Part shown: in pieces, positions 26,840-44,992 of the stretch
Layout: each line of letters starts with the position of its first letter
Numbering within the stretch: the stretch's first letter is position 1
Assembly (NCBI RefSeq): GCF_009914755.1
Contig: NC_060934.1
Origin: the human T2T-CHM13v2.0 reference genome, Homo sapiens
Direction: 5' to 3' (one strand)
Length of the DNA: 64,000 bases
Program-made: the position numbers and the translations under genes
Notes under the pieces: generated by a model
Seen by the model: the letters and a program-made list of their open reading frames with translations, nothing else
Told to the model about the DNA's origin: nothing
Databases searched by the model: none

Positions 26840-27676
26840 TGGGGGAGCCATTTCTCCTCATTCCACAGCCAGTTGGCTGGGCGCAGCATCCCTGGTCCTC
26901 CACACCTGCAAGCCCAATGTGCATCCTGCTATTCTCCATGCCTCGCAAACAATGGCTCGGGAGGACCCGCACTGCCATCCTAGCAGGAGGGTACTGGGAT
27001 CAGCCCCATGTCTCAGGGGAGGGCAGCTGGAGTGTCCTAGAGCTGGAACCCAGGAGTCCGAGACCCAGAGTTCCACAATGGGGCCGGCAGCACGTTGCTT
27101 CCACAACATCTGCTGAGGTGAGCACGTCGCCGTCATGGGAGTGTGACATGCAGTTCTGAGAAATGCCAGAGAGACTCCTCGTCACCTACCCCAGCATCCC
27201 GCAATGGCAACATTCTGCAAAACAGCAGAGGTAACATCACCAGGATAACGGCATTGATAAATCAACCAAACCTACATAGCCTTGCTCATACTCATTATGC
27301 ACGTGTGTGTGTTCAGGTTTATATAATTATATAAATTAAAATTGTTTTAGCTATTCAACAGCCTGAGCATTTCTATATAAGTTTTAGAGTAAGCTTGTTT
27401 ATGTTTACCAAAAAAAACCTTTCTTGGATTTTGATGGGAATTGTATCAAATCTACAAATAAATTTGAGGGGAATTGACATCAACTGTCCACTCTCAGTCA
27501 GGATCCTGAACGGCTCCAGCCCCACAAGGATCCCTCATCCCGACCTTTCATAACCACACCTGCTGCCCATCCCACCCTCCTCCCGCTCCTCCTCCCTGAG
27601 CCTCCTCCTCTGCCTCAGCCCATCCTAAACCAGGGCTACCACTAATCCAGAGGCCTAATCTGTCTTCTGCTTCTAG

Positions 27677-28066
<390 letters not shown>

Positions 28067-29492
28067 ACACACTGGCCTTTTACACCGAGTAGAATTCTCT
28101 GGACGCCCATGCAGGTTATTGTGCACACCCACAGTTCACCACTCCTTCTTACTTCTGAGTGGTGACCCATGGTGTGAATGCACATGGTTTATTTAACCAC
28201 GCCTCCTTTCAAGGACATCTGGGCAGACTCCAGTTCTTACCTATTACAAATAAAGTTGCTGTGAGCATTCACGCACAGCTTTTGAGTGACCATAAGCTTC
28301 CATTTCTTGTGGGGAAATGCCCAGGAGAGCAAGGACTGGGTCCCATGGAAGCTGCATGTGTAGTTTTACAGGAAAGCACCAGCCTGTGTTCCCAAGAGGC
28401 TGTGCCATTTGACATTCCCATTGGCAATGAATGAGGGGCCCGTTTCCCTGCTTCCTCTCTAGCACTTGACGTTGTCTCTGTTTTTTAACTTTAGCCACTC
28501 TCGTAAGTGTGCTCCGAGATCTGTGTGGTTTTAATTTGACTTTCCTTACTAGCTAATGACATCACACACGTTTTCATGTGCTCGTTTGCCATCTATATAC
28601 TCTCTTTGGTGAAATGTCTTCTGCCCTTCCATGAATAGGATTGTTTGGTTTTTTGCTGTTTAAGTTTGAGCTTTTGATATTCTAGATATTTTATATATTC
28701 TAGAGACTTACATATTCTAGATACTCTAGTCATTTGTCAGACTTGTAGTTTGCAAGCATTTTTCACACAGTTTGTAGCTTGTCTCTCATCCTTTTCACAA
28801 GGGCTTTCACAGAGCAATGACGTTTAATTTTGATTAGTTTCAATTGACCAGTTTCTCCTTTTATATAAATTGCGCTTTTGGCATCAAATCTAGAAACTGC
28901 CTAGCCCTAGATTCTGAAGATTTTCTCTTATTTCTTTCTAAAAGTTTTTATTGTTTAATGTGTTACATTTAATCTGTGATCCAGTTTGAGTTACTTTTCC
29001 TATAAGGTGTGAGACACTGAGATTGAGGCTCACGTTTTTGTCTGGGGGTGTCCAGTGCCCCAGCATCATTTGTTGAAAAGTCTACCCGCCTTCTGTTGCG
29101 TTGCTTTTGCACCTTTGTCAACAATCAGTGGGACGTATGTTTGTGGGTCTGTCTGTGAGTTCTCTGTTCTGTTGCCCTATGCATCTATTCCAAAATCAGT
29201 GGGACATATTTTTGTGGGTTCTGTCTGTGAGCTCTCTGTTCTGTTGACATATGCACCTATTCCATCACCTAGCATGCTGTTTCGATATTAAAGCTCCATT
29301 AAAAAGTCTCAAAATCAGTTAGTCTGATTCCTCCAGACTTATTTTCAAAATTGTTTTAGCTATTTGACAGCCTGAGCCTTTCCATATACATTTCAGAATA
29401 AGGTTGTTTGTATTTACAAAACAAAACAAAACAAACAAACAAAAACAAAGAAACCTTTCTTGGATTTTGAGAGGAATTCCGTTAACTCATGA

Positions 29493-29765
<273 letters not shown>

Positions 29766-31406
29766 TAACCTCCATTCTACTCTCTGCTTCTACGAGTTTA
29801 ATTTTCCTTGATTCCAGATATAAGTGAGCTCACGGGGCATTTGTCTTTCTGTGCCTGGCTTATTTCACTTAACATAATATCTTCCAAGCTCACCCATGTT
29901 GTTGCAAATAATAGGATATCTCCCGTTTTAAGGCTAAATAGAATTGTACTGTGTAGATACAGCACATTTTCTTTCTTTACTCAGCCGTGGATGAACTCTT
30001 AGGTTGATTCCATATCCCGGGTACTGTGAACAGCACGGCAATGAACATTGGGGTGCAGGTATCTCTTCCACACTCCGATTTCATTTCTTCTGGACACATA
30101 CCCCAGCACATCCTGGATCATCTGGGAGTTTCTATTTTAAGTTTTTGAGGAATCTGCATACTGATTTCCATCATGGCTATACTAGTTTACATTCCCACCA
30201 ACACTGTGTAAATGTTCCCTTTCCTCCACATCCTCCCCAATACTAGTTATCTTTTGTCTTTTCCATAATAGTCATTCTAACAGATGTGAGTTGACCTCTC
30301 ATTGTGGTTCTTGTTTGCATTTCTGTAACCATTAGTGATGTTGAGCATTTTTTTCATGTACCTATTGGCCATTCATATTGAGAAATGTCTACTCAGGTTC
30401 TTTGCCCATTTTTTAATGGGGTTACTTGTTTTCTCATTATTGAGTTGTTTGAGTTCCTTATGTATTTTGGATATTAGACCCTTGTGAGAATAATTGTTTG
30501 TAAATATTTTTTCCTATTCCATAGGTTGTCTCTTCACTCTGCTGTTTACTTCCGTGGCTGTGCAGAGCTTTTGAGTTTGGTGTAATGCCATTTGTCCATT
30601 TTTGCTTTTGTTGCCAGTGCATTTGGGTTCATTCCAAAAAATCATTATACAGACCAATGTCATAGAGATTTTCTTCTATGTTTTCTTCTAGTACGTTACA
30701 GTTTCATGTCTTACATTCAAGTGTTTAATCCAGTTTGAGATGATTTTTTGTATATTGTGTGAGAATCTAATTTCTTTCTTCTACATGTGGATATCCAGTT
30801 TTCCCAGCACAATTTACTGAAGAGACTGTTCTTTCCACATTGTGTGTCCTTGGCAACTTTGTCAGAAATAAATTGTTCCATTACTCTATGTGTCTAATGT
30901 TTATGCCAGTGCCATGCTGTTTTGATTACTATAGCTGTATGATATATTTTGAGATCAGAGCATGGAGGCCTCCAGCTTGTTATTTTTGCTCTAATTGCTT
31001 TGGCTATTAGGAGTTTCTTGTGGTTCCATATACATTTTAGGACTGTTTTTTCTATTTGTGTGAAAAATGTTATTGGAGTTTTGAGAAGGATTGCATTGCA
31101 TGTATAGATCTGTTTGGATAGTACGGGCATTTAAACAATATTAAGTATTACAATCTATGAACATGGGATATCTTTCCATTTACTTATTTTCCTCACCTTC
31201 TTTCATAAATGGTTTATAGTTTTCACTTTACAGGTCTTGCACATTCTTGGTTAAATTTGTTCTTAAGGGTTTTTTTTGTAGCTACTAAAATGGGATTGTT
31301 TTGTTGATTCCTTCTCTGGAAAGTGTGATATTAGTATATAGAAATGCTACTGATATTTGTATGTTGATTTCATGTCCTGCAACTTCACTGAATTAACATA
31401 TTAGTT

Positions 31407-34626
<3,220 letters not shown>

Positions 34627-34672
34627 AACTTACTAGTTTTTTGGTGGAGTCTTTAGAGTTTTGTGTACATAA

Positions 34673-35107
<435 letters not shown>

Positions 35108-36209
35108 AACCTCCAATCCTATGTTGAATAGAAGTGATGAGCATCGGCATCCTTGCCTTGTTCCTGATCTTAGACGAAAAGCTTTCAACTTTTTAACCAT
35201 TGAGTACGATGTCAGCTATGAGTGTGTCATATACAGTCTTTATTGCACTAAAGTACATTCCTTCTATACCTAATTTGTAGAGAGTTTTTATGATTAAAGA
35301 ATGTTGAATTTTGTCAAATGCTTTTTACACCTTTATTGAGATGATTTTATGGCTTTTATCCTTCATTCTGTAATGTAGTATATCATATTTATACATTTGT
35401 GTATATTGAACCATCCTTGCATCTTGGGATAAATCCCACTTGATAATGGAGATTGATCCTTTTAATGTGCTATTGAATTTTGTTTGCTAGTATTTTGTTA
35501 GGGATTTTGTATCTATGTTGATCAGGAATATTGGCTTGTAATTTTTTTTCTTGTAGTGTTCTTGTCTGGCTGTGGTTATCAGCATAATGCTGGTCTTGTG
35601 AAATGAATTTGGAAGTATTTTCTCTTTTTCAATTTCTTGGAAGAGTTTCAAAAGAATTTATATTAGTTCTTCTTTAAAGGTTTAGTAGAATTCAGCAGTG
35701 AAGCCATCAGGTCCAGAGGATTTCTTTGATGGGATACTTTTACTACTGAGTCAATCTCCTTCTTTAATTTTTTTCATCAATATTTTGTAATTATCAACAT
35801 ACCACTCCAGTTCCTGTTTTAAGTGTATGCCTACGTAACTGATTTTGTTTGGAGTTATTATAAAGGTATTGTGCTTTTAATTTTGTTTTCTGTATGTTCA
35901 GTGCTAGTATGTAGAAATATGATATTTTTGTGCTCGTCTTGCATCCAAATATCTTTATAAACTAATTTTTAATTCTAAGAGACTGTGGATTCCTTGAAAT
36001 TTTCTACAATCATGTTATAGATTATAAAAAAAGTTTTATTTCTTCATTTCAATACATATCCCTTTTATTTAATGTAACTTTTTGCCTTATTGAAGTGTCT
36101 AGAACTTCCAGTAGTATGTTGAATAAAACTGGTGAGAGTGAACATCCTTGCCTTGTTACTGATCTTAGTGTTTCACCAATGTCTATGATATTAGCTGTAG
36201 GGAATTTCT

Positions 36210-36892
36210 GTTGTTGTTTGTTTTGTTGTTTTTGTTTTTGTTTTTTAATTTTATTTTAAGTTCTGGGATCCATATGCAGGATGTAGTGGTTTGCTACATA
36301 GGTAAACATGTGCCATGGTGGTTTGCTGCACCTATCAACCCACCACCCAGGTATTAAGCCCAGCATGCATTAGCTGTTTATCCTGATCTTCTTCCTTCCT
36401 CAACCCCTGACAGGCCCCAGTGTGTGTTGTTCCTCTCCCTGTGTCCATGTGTTCTCATTGTTCAGCTCCCACTTATGAGTGAGAACATATGGTGTTTGGT
36501 TTTCTGTTCCTGTGTTAGTTTGCTGAGGCTAATGGCTTCCAGCTCCATCCACGTCCCTGCAAAGGACATGATCTCATTCCTTTTTATGGCTGCATAGTAT
36601 TCCATGGTGTGTATGTACCACATTTTCTTTGTCCAGTCTATCACTCATGGGCATTTGGGTTGATTCCATGTCTTTACTATTGTGAATAGTGCTGCAGTGA
36701 ACATACTCGTACATGTATCTTTATAATAGAATGATTTATATTGCTTGGGTATATGCCCAGTAATGGGATTGCTGGGTCAAATGGTATTTCTGGTTCTAGA
36801 TCTTTGAGGAATCACCACACTGTCTTCCACAATGGCTGAACTAATTTACATTCCCACTAATAGTATAAAAGCATTCCTATTTCTCCACAGCC
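36210..36892 (-). mobile_element. 5'-truncated L1PA8-10-type 3' end
   Basis: ataggtaaacatgtgccatggtggtttgctgcacctatcaaccc...gacaggccccagtgtgtg; probable TSD agctgtaggga / agctataggga. Confidence 0.85.
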
Positions 36893-37702
36893 AGCTATAG
36901 GGATATTTTTAGCTGCTTTTAATCAAATTGAGATAATTTCTCCCTGTCCCTAACTTGCTGAGAGATTTTATCATGAATAAGTATAAATTTTATTGAATTG
37001 CTTTTCTGAGTTAATTGATATGATCATTTATCTTTTTCCAGTGGCTCATTAATATGGTGGATTACCTCGATTGACCTAAAATGTTGAACCAGCCTTGCAC
37101 ACCTGGAATAAATCCCACTCAGTCATGATGTATACTTTGTGGAATTTGGCCTGCTGACATTTTAATAATGATTTTTGTATCTAACGTGATAAGAGATATT
37201 GATCTATAGCCTTTTCTTTTGGTACTGTCTTTGTCTGGTTGGGTATCAAGGTAGTATTGGCCTCACAAAATGAGTGGAGAAATTTTTCCTTCTCTTCCAT
37301 TTTCCGGAAAGAATTGTAAAATTGGTATTGATTATTTTTAAAAGGTCTGGTGGAATTCTCCAGTGAAAGCATCAGGGCCTGGAGATTTATTTGGAGGGAG
37401 TATTTTAGTTACAAACTCAATTTTTTGAATGGTTATCAAAAGGCTACTGGGATCATCTATGTCATCTTTGTTGAGTTTTGGTAGCCTGTGGTTTTCAAGG
37501 AACTTGTCCATTTCTTTTAAGTTGTCAAATCTATGAGCAAAAGATTTGTGTAATGCTCTCTTACTATATTTTACTATATTTTAATTACTTGGAATCTATA
37601 GTGATCACCCCTGTTTCATTCCTGGCATTGGTGGGTTGTGTCTTCTTTCTTGTTATTTTTATCAGTCTTGCTAGAAATTTATCAATTTTCTTGATTTTTT
37701 AA

Positions 37703-38071
<369 letters not shown>

Positions 38072-40293
38072 TAATATCATTGATTTCTGCTCTTTATCAT
38101 TTATTCCTCCTGCTTCTTTGGGTTTTTTGCTCTCCTTTTACAAGTTTCCTGAGGCAGAAACTGAGGTTATTAATTAGAGATCTTTCAGTGTTTCTGCCAT
38201 AAATATTAAGTGTTATACATTTCACTCTCAGCACTTAGTTGCATCTCACATATTTTGTTTTTGTTTTCATTCTGCTGCTTTTCTTATTAGTTTTCTTTCA
38301 GGCTTCCTCTTTGACCTTTGGATTATTCACTGGTGTGTTAATTTCCACATGTTTCAAGATTTTTCTATTATCGTTCTGTTAATGACTTTTAGTTTGATAT
38401 CATTATGGCCAGAAGCCCCACCTCCTGAGGCTCATGGAAGAGATCTAGGTGAGGGGCAAAGCCTCTGCCGGTACCACTGAGCACCTGGGGTTCTTCCACA
38501 GCGGCCGCAGATGCAGAGAGGAGGCCAGAGGCCAGGCCTCAGCCAGGGGCTCAGGAGAGGCAGGTGGGACCCTGACCTCCACCCCCTGCACCTGCTGACT
38601 CCCAGGGCCCTCTTCCCCACCCCCTACCTCCCCACTCCTGCTCAGACCCTTCCTTTTCAGAGCTCTGCAGGCCAGGGTGCCAGAGGCGTGAAGGTCGGCC
38701 AGATCTGTCCACTGAGAGGAGTCCAGGGCCTTCCCCACTGCCCATGGCTTCTGCATCTAAGGGAGCCCCATCATGCCTAGATCATCGTTGGCCCCTGAAG
38801 CACCTACCGTGTGCAGGAAAATGTGCCAGACTGTGGGGAGGGGTCACTGAACCGTCCAGAGCCCCTCCTCTGAGAGTAAACCGGGAGCGATAACACCTCC
38901 CGAGACCCATGTGAGGAACATAAGAAATGAACCCTCTGGAGACCACGCACTCATGCACGGCGCAGTGACCGCCGCAGAGCCTCGGGTGCTGATGGGCCAC
39001 AGGCGAGGGTGGCTCCCTCTCTGCACTTTCCACATCCAGACCAGGCCTGGCACATCGGAAACCCGGGAAGCTCTGGCGAATGTACCATGAGAAGACAAAG
39101 CTTGTACTCTCCGCAGATGGACACAAATGGCTCACCCAGAAGGGAAACCAGATGAGTGTCGAAAAGAGACCTTGAGTGATCACGGAGGCAGGGACAGTGC
39201 AGCAGCCTCCTCCCAGCCAGGAGAGCCCTCAAAGGAAGTGGAGGGCTCTCCATGGGGCCACCAGGCAGGAGCTCCATCCCTCCACAGTGAAACACGGACA
39301 AATCACGTTAAGGCCACCCAGAGAGAAGCAGAAAAGCTCCCCTCTCCTCCTGCCCTCCCACCTCTGCCAGAGGCCCCCATCCGCAGAGCCCAAGGAAGCT
39401 CAAAAGACTAGGCAGCCCACTGGGCCTTCAGCCCCTCTCCCTGGTGCGGAGCAGGACAGAAGGCAGGAAGTGGGCCTGGGAGTGAGGAGACTCTGGATTC
39501 TTTAATTGCTCAGAGCCCAGAAATTCTTCTCATGTCCACAAATCACTTTTTTAATTATTGGCCAGTGGTTTGCAGCTCCAGCCCACGCGGTGTTGTATAT
39601 TCTTCTCTGCCCTCTTGGTCACAAGAGCAGCTGCAGCCAACAAACGAGGTGCCTTCGTTTTCACCCACCCGATCGCAGGTGCCTCATGGCTGCAGGCTAG
39701 GATGGTGCACACAGTTTGTGAACAGCCGGCATCTTGACGGTTTCAAGGTTGTGGGGATGGGGGATCCTAGAAGGGGGCCCAGGGAGATGGATCCCTGGGG
39801 TTTGCCCACCTGGTGGTGGCCCCCACCTGGGATCTGAGGGCTTGGCCCCAGTGGCAGGGCTGGCTCTGGAATGATATGAGGAAGGTTGAGCCCTCCGGCA
39901 CAAAGGGCTGAGCAGAAAAGCTGGTGCAAGCTCCTGGGCCATCCCAGCCCATCTGCTGTCCCTGACACCTGGCACCTGGCACACAGCCTCACTTTCCTCC
40001 CCTGAAGGTGGCGGACCCTGAACCAGTGCACCCCAGAACAGAGCTGCGGCTCACAGCCAGCGAGAGAATCAACTTTACAGATAAAACTTCCCAACTCCAG
40101 GGCAGGACAGAGGCCGCTTTGCCCCTTTTCTCAAGTGCTTCCAGAGACAAGCAAGCCAGAGTCTCGTGGCAACCCTGTCCCCGTGGGTTCCTACTCTGGG
40201 ATTCTCCACCAGAGGCAGGGGCACATGGCACACCTGTGTGACACTTGCCGTGGGGGCCCAGCCCAGAGCCTGAGCCTGAGAGCTGGGGCGAGG

Positions 40294-40520
40294 CACCCAC
40301 ACACACGCACACACACACACGTACACACAGGCTCACACACACACAACAGATATACAGACACACATACGTTCACACACAAAGACACAAACACATGCAGGCT
40401 CACAACACACACACAGCCTCACGTGCAGCCTCACACATACATTGGCATACACAGACACACAGACTCACAAGGCACACACATACCCACAAACAGACACAGG
40501 CACAGCTCCGCACACACAGG
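40294..40520 (+). repeat. CA-rich low-complexity tract
   Basis: cacccacacacacgcacacacacacacgtacacac... Confidence 0.9.
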
Positions 40521-43500
40521 TGAACCCATGATTCCTCTTTATGGACAGGACATGAACGCTCCAAACCTCAGCAAGTCTCTTCACAGCTCAGCCAGAGCCA
40601 CTCAGCATCCCGCCCCTCCAGACAGATGTGAGTTCTAAGCACGTCCTAGGACTGTGATCTGCCGGGCGTTAGCTGGAGCCCGCCTCATTACCATGGGCCC
40701 TGCTGGTGGGTCTGACATGACACATCACAGCTCTGACAGCCACTGTGGGCTGCTGGCGATTAGAAGGAAACGGGTATATTACCCTAATTTAATTACCCGC
40801 CATCTGATGCTTATGATGATCACTGACAGTACTCATTTCTAAAATGAAATGTGCTGCTCTCTAATTGTTCACAGTTCGAAAGAAACAGCTAGAGAACATT
40901 TTCAACCATTAAGGAAATGATATTTTAAATGATGAACATACTGTATATGTTTGTACTTTAAGGAAACAGACTCTGGTAATGTTTGGGGAAATTAGTGAAA
41001 ATTTACTGATTCCCAGAAGAAAAATAGTTCCATCTAACCATGCCAGGCGGAGTCTGTGGGCACCTTCCTGGAGCGCCTGCATGAACTGTGGCTCTGAGCA
41101 GCTCTGAGCAGCCAGAGAGGGCCCAGGCCCCTCTGCACCTACGGCCGCCTGCACCTGTGTCCTCTGGCTCTGCTAGGACAGCCCTGAGAGTGTGGCCAGG
41201 GCTAAGGGAAGCAGTCCTAGTAAGCGCATAGTGCAAGAGCTGGTGCTTGCTGGAAACCCACAGAGGGACCCCCTCCCCAGTGTTGGACCCCCTCCCCAGT
41301 GTCAACCCCCCGCGGTCAGTCACAAGCTCCAGGGAACACTCGGGAGCCCACTGACCTGAGAAGGCAGGGCCCCTGCCTGGTCTGAGTGAAAGCCACAGCC
41401 TAACAGCCAGACACAGTTCTGCCTAGCGCTTGCTGGGGCCCTGGACAACAGGCCCACTTTTGAGGCTCCGGTCCTGCGTGCACAGTGGGGTGCTGATGCT
41501 CCCAGGCTCCAGCTTGGAGGGGTAGGGAGTGACCGCTAAGGAGTGTGGCGCATGCAAAGCACCTGGTGAGACCCACTGGACACTAACTCAGGCCAGGCTC
41601 TGTGCTTCTCAGGGAAGAAGCAGGGGCTGGTTTGCAAAAGGCCAGGAAGGCCCCAGAGCTGGACTCGGTCCATGACTGGGGAGCCAGCCTGTAGCACTGC
41701 ACGGGGCATGATGCCGGAGTGTCACGAAGTGGGAAATGGGGAGCACATGGGCACCTGCGTGGGGACTGGGGCCCAGAGAAGGTCGTCGACCCCCATCACA
41801 GTGGGATGCAGAGGCCTGGGCTAGGAGGGGTGTCAGGTCCCAGTGCCATTTACGAAGAGAAACTGATGAGGTGTAGAACCACGGGCATGTGACTGGGCCA
41901 TACTGAGGCCTGACGGGGCAGGCGGCAAACCCTGCCGGGGATGCCATGGTTATCCCAGTCCAGCCCACACTCTGAAAAATAGGAAGTTGCGTCAGGCATG
42001 TGGGAGAGAGGCAGGAGCTGGAAGTGGAGGCTGCAGCCATCCAGGCAGAGACGGAGGCAGCCTAGGAGTGAGAACAGACAGGAGGCAAGAGCCCAGCGCA
42101 AGGCCGGGAGCCACACGTGAAGGGAGCCCAGAGGAGAAGCCCAGTGCAGGGCCCACAGAGGTGGAGGTGGCTGCAGATCCCTGGAGGGCAGGTGCTCAGC
42201 GGTGGACACGGGGATGGGGACCCGAGGACCACAGGAGGGCACCAGCCAGGGCGGCCACCGAGTGGGAGATGGGTCCGGGAAGGGAATGTGTGTCTGGGGT
42301 TTGGGCTTCTGTTCCTCTTCCGATTTGTCATCGAAGCGGCACTTCCGTCTGATGGAAAAGGTAAACTAAAACAGCAGAGAGCTGGTGAGAAGGGGGCCGT
42401 GGGTCCTGGCTCCAGCCGCACATGCACAGAGGCAGCCGCTTCCCCCAGGTCTTGCCCGGAGCCAGGTTCTCAGGATTATTTCCTGAGTTGTAACAACGCA
42501 CTTAGTCCTCCTATTTCTTCATCCACCTGAGATGTTGTCTCTCTCTACATAAGAAAAGGGAGAATGTAGATCACTCACATTAGGGCCCGCCCTCCCCCTT
42601 TCTTCCCAATTGTTGATAGTCCTTAGCTTAATTCTTTCACTGACGGCCTCAGGATCTTTAAATAATATCCTGAAGTTTGTCTCTCTCCCTCCCTCCCTCC
42701 CTCTCTCTAATTGCGTCGAAAGTGGAATCTCTTGGCTTCTGGCTGCACTGGGCGGAAGTGCTGGCAGCCTGCCCTCCGCTTACCCACTCCTCTCCCCTCC
42801 GCCGCTGCCAGCCCCGCCTTCGCTCGAAACAGCAGCATCGTCTTCATTCAGCAAATGCGTATGGAGCTGCCACCGCGTGCCCGTGCCTGTGCCTGACACG
42901 CCCCCGTCGTGTGACCTCTGACACTGGACCTTGAGACCATAGTGCCTGTCGCTGTAAACACTTAATCTGTGCACAGCCAGGGGCCCGGGGACAATGCTTT
43001 CCTCTCCACAGACACGTCTGGGCTCAGGCCCTCCCTGCAGCACTGAAGGCACGTGGTCCTGGCATCCAGCCCACTGGCTTCTCTTTTCTTCCATCCAGCC
43101 TGGAACTCAAAGCCACGTCACCTTGTAGGGTGTCCCTTAGCCATGAATTTCTAAGTCCTTTGTCCATTTTTCCTGAAGTTTCCCATTGCATTTCCTGTGT
43201 TCCTACTGGGAGAAGCAGCATCTGCTCCACCCACCCTGTTGCGGCCCGCACTGCCCTCCAACGTCCCGTCTGTGGCTGGGCTCCAGCCATCCTTCTTCAG
43301 GACCCATCTTCCCTGAGTCCCACAGACAGCCTGGGTGGCTTGGGCCTGTGGCTGCTCAGCCTGACACTGTGATCTCGGGCTCCTGTGGGGCTCCCACTTC
43401 TCCTGTCTCACACCTGCCATCCCATCAAGCTGCACCTCCCTGCTGAGTCCTCGGGGGCGCCCTCTCCTTCCAGGCCCTCTCCGCTGGGGACCGTTTCCGC

Positions 43501-44371
43501 CCCTGCTGGGGAAGGGCCTGATGGGCTTTCTCCACCCGCCATCTTCTGTGGCTTCTTGTCACCAAGAACATTTTCCTCCTTTGTTGCGGGTCCCCCTGTG
43601 GGTTCCACAGCCACGATTCAGCACCGGTGGCTCCTGAGAAGGTTCTCATGCCTGCAGCCCACTCCTCTAGAATTCTGTCCTCAGAAGCTTCTGGTCCTAC
43701 ATTTTTAAAGCAGTTCTCTCATAGAGCTGAAGCTGGACTGTTTCATTTTCCCCCTTAATGTTCAGAATTGATATAGAACTGATTAATAAGCTTAATTTTG
43801 ACTGTCCATCTTCCAGGAAGCATATAGGCTCATTCTGGAAGACAGCAGAGCATCTCCAAGTGCCCGGTCACCCCCTCACAAGAACACAGCCGTCACCTCA
43901 GGTGCCAATGCCGGCTTCATTCTCAGGTCCAGCCTCCACAGAGCGGGCTGTGGACAAAGCTGTCCTTCTGTCACACGCCCCAGTCCAGGCTCCCCAGAGC
44001 CACCTGAAGGACACAGTGGGCTATGGACAAACCTGTCCTTCCGTCACATGCCCCAGGCCAGGTGTTCTACAAAGTCCTCCAAGAGGCAGTCAGAGGCCAC
44101 TGAGGGGTGCCGCACCCAGCGCTCACCGGGCAGAAGGTCCATTCTGCAGCCAGTGATGTGGATCCGTCGTTTTCAAAGATGCTGATGGTGGACACAGCAC
44201 AGCCTTCCCAGCCGAGCCTGACACCTGTGCGGAGGTCCTTTGGCTCAGCTCTCTTGCTCCAAGGAAAATGCCAAGAAGACCCCCACACAGTTCACGAGAC
44301 ACATCCACGAGCACAGCTCACTTGCTTGTTTCTTTAAAAGCAAACTCCTTTGCAAACAAATACCTCTTTTC

Positions 44372-44992
44372 GAGGGAATGCTTATATACTGTTTTTGGGA
44401 ATGAAAATTAGTTCAGCCACCTTGGAAGGCAGTTTGGAGATTCCTCAAAGAACGTAAAATGGCCATTCATCCCAGCAATTCTATTACTGGGTATGTGCCC
44501 AAAGGAAAATAAATCTTTCGACCAAAAAGACACCTGCACATGTATGTTCATGGAAGCTCTATTTCCAATTGCAAAGACGTGAAAGCCACCTCAGTGCCCA
44601 TCCACGGTGGACTGGATAAAGGAAACGTGGTACAAATACACCATGGAATACTGCACAGCCATAAAACAAGAATAAAAGCATGTCCTTTGCAGCTGGAGGC
44701 CTCCATCCTAAGCAATTTAACTCAGGAACAGAAATCCAAATACCAGATGTTCTCACTTACAAGTAGGAGCTAAACACTGGGTACTCATGGACATAAAGAA
44801 GGAAACAGCAGACACTAGAGAATCTGAAAGGGGCAGAGAGGGCTGGCTGCAAAGTTGCCTTTTGGGTACTGTGCTCACTACCTGGGTGATAGGATCCACT
44901 GCACCCCAAACCTCAGCATCACACAATATAGTAATGTAACAAACCTGCACACGTCCCCCCAGAATCTGAAATAGAAGTTGAAATTTAAAATA
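44372..44992 (+). mobile_element. L1PB/L1PA17-type 3' end
   Basis: agggaatgcttatatactg...ccaaaggaaaataaatc...aaagacacctgcac...ccccaaacctcagcatcacacaatata...aacaaacctgcac. Confidence 0.85.

Noticed and set aside
40204-40220. CTCF-like motif ccaccagaggcag
   Set aside because: Only a partial match; such matches are frequent in GC-rich DNA.
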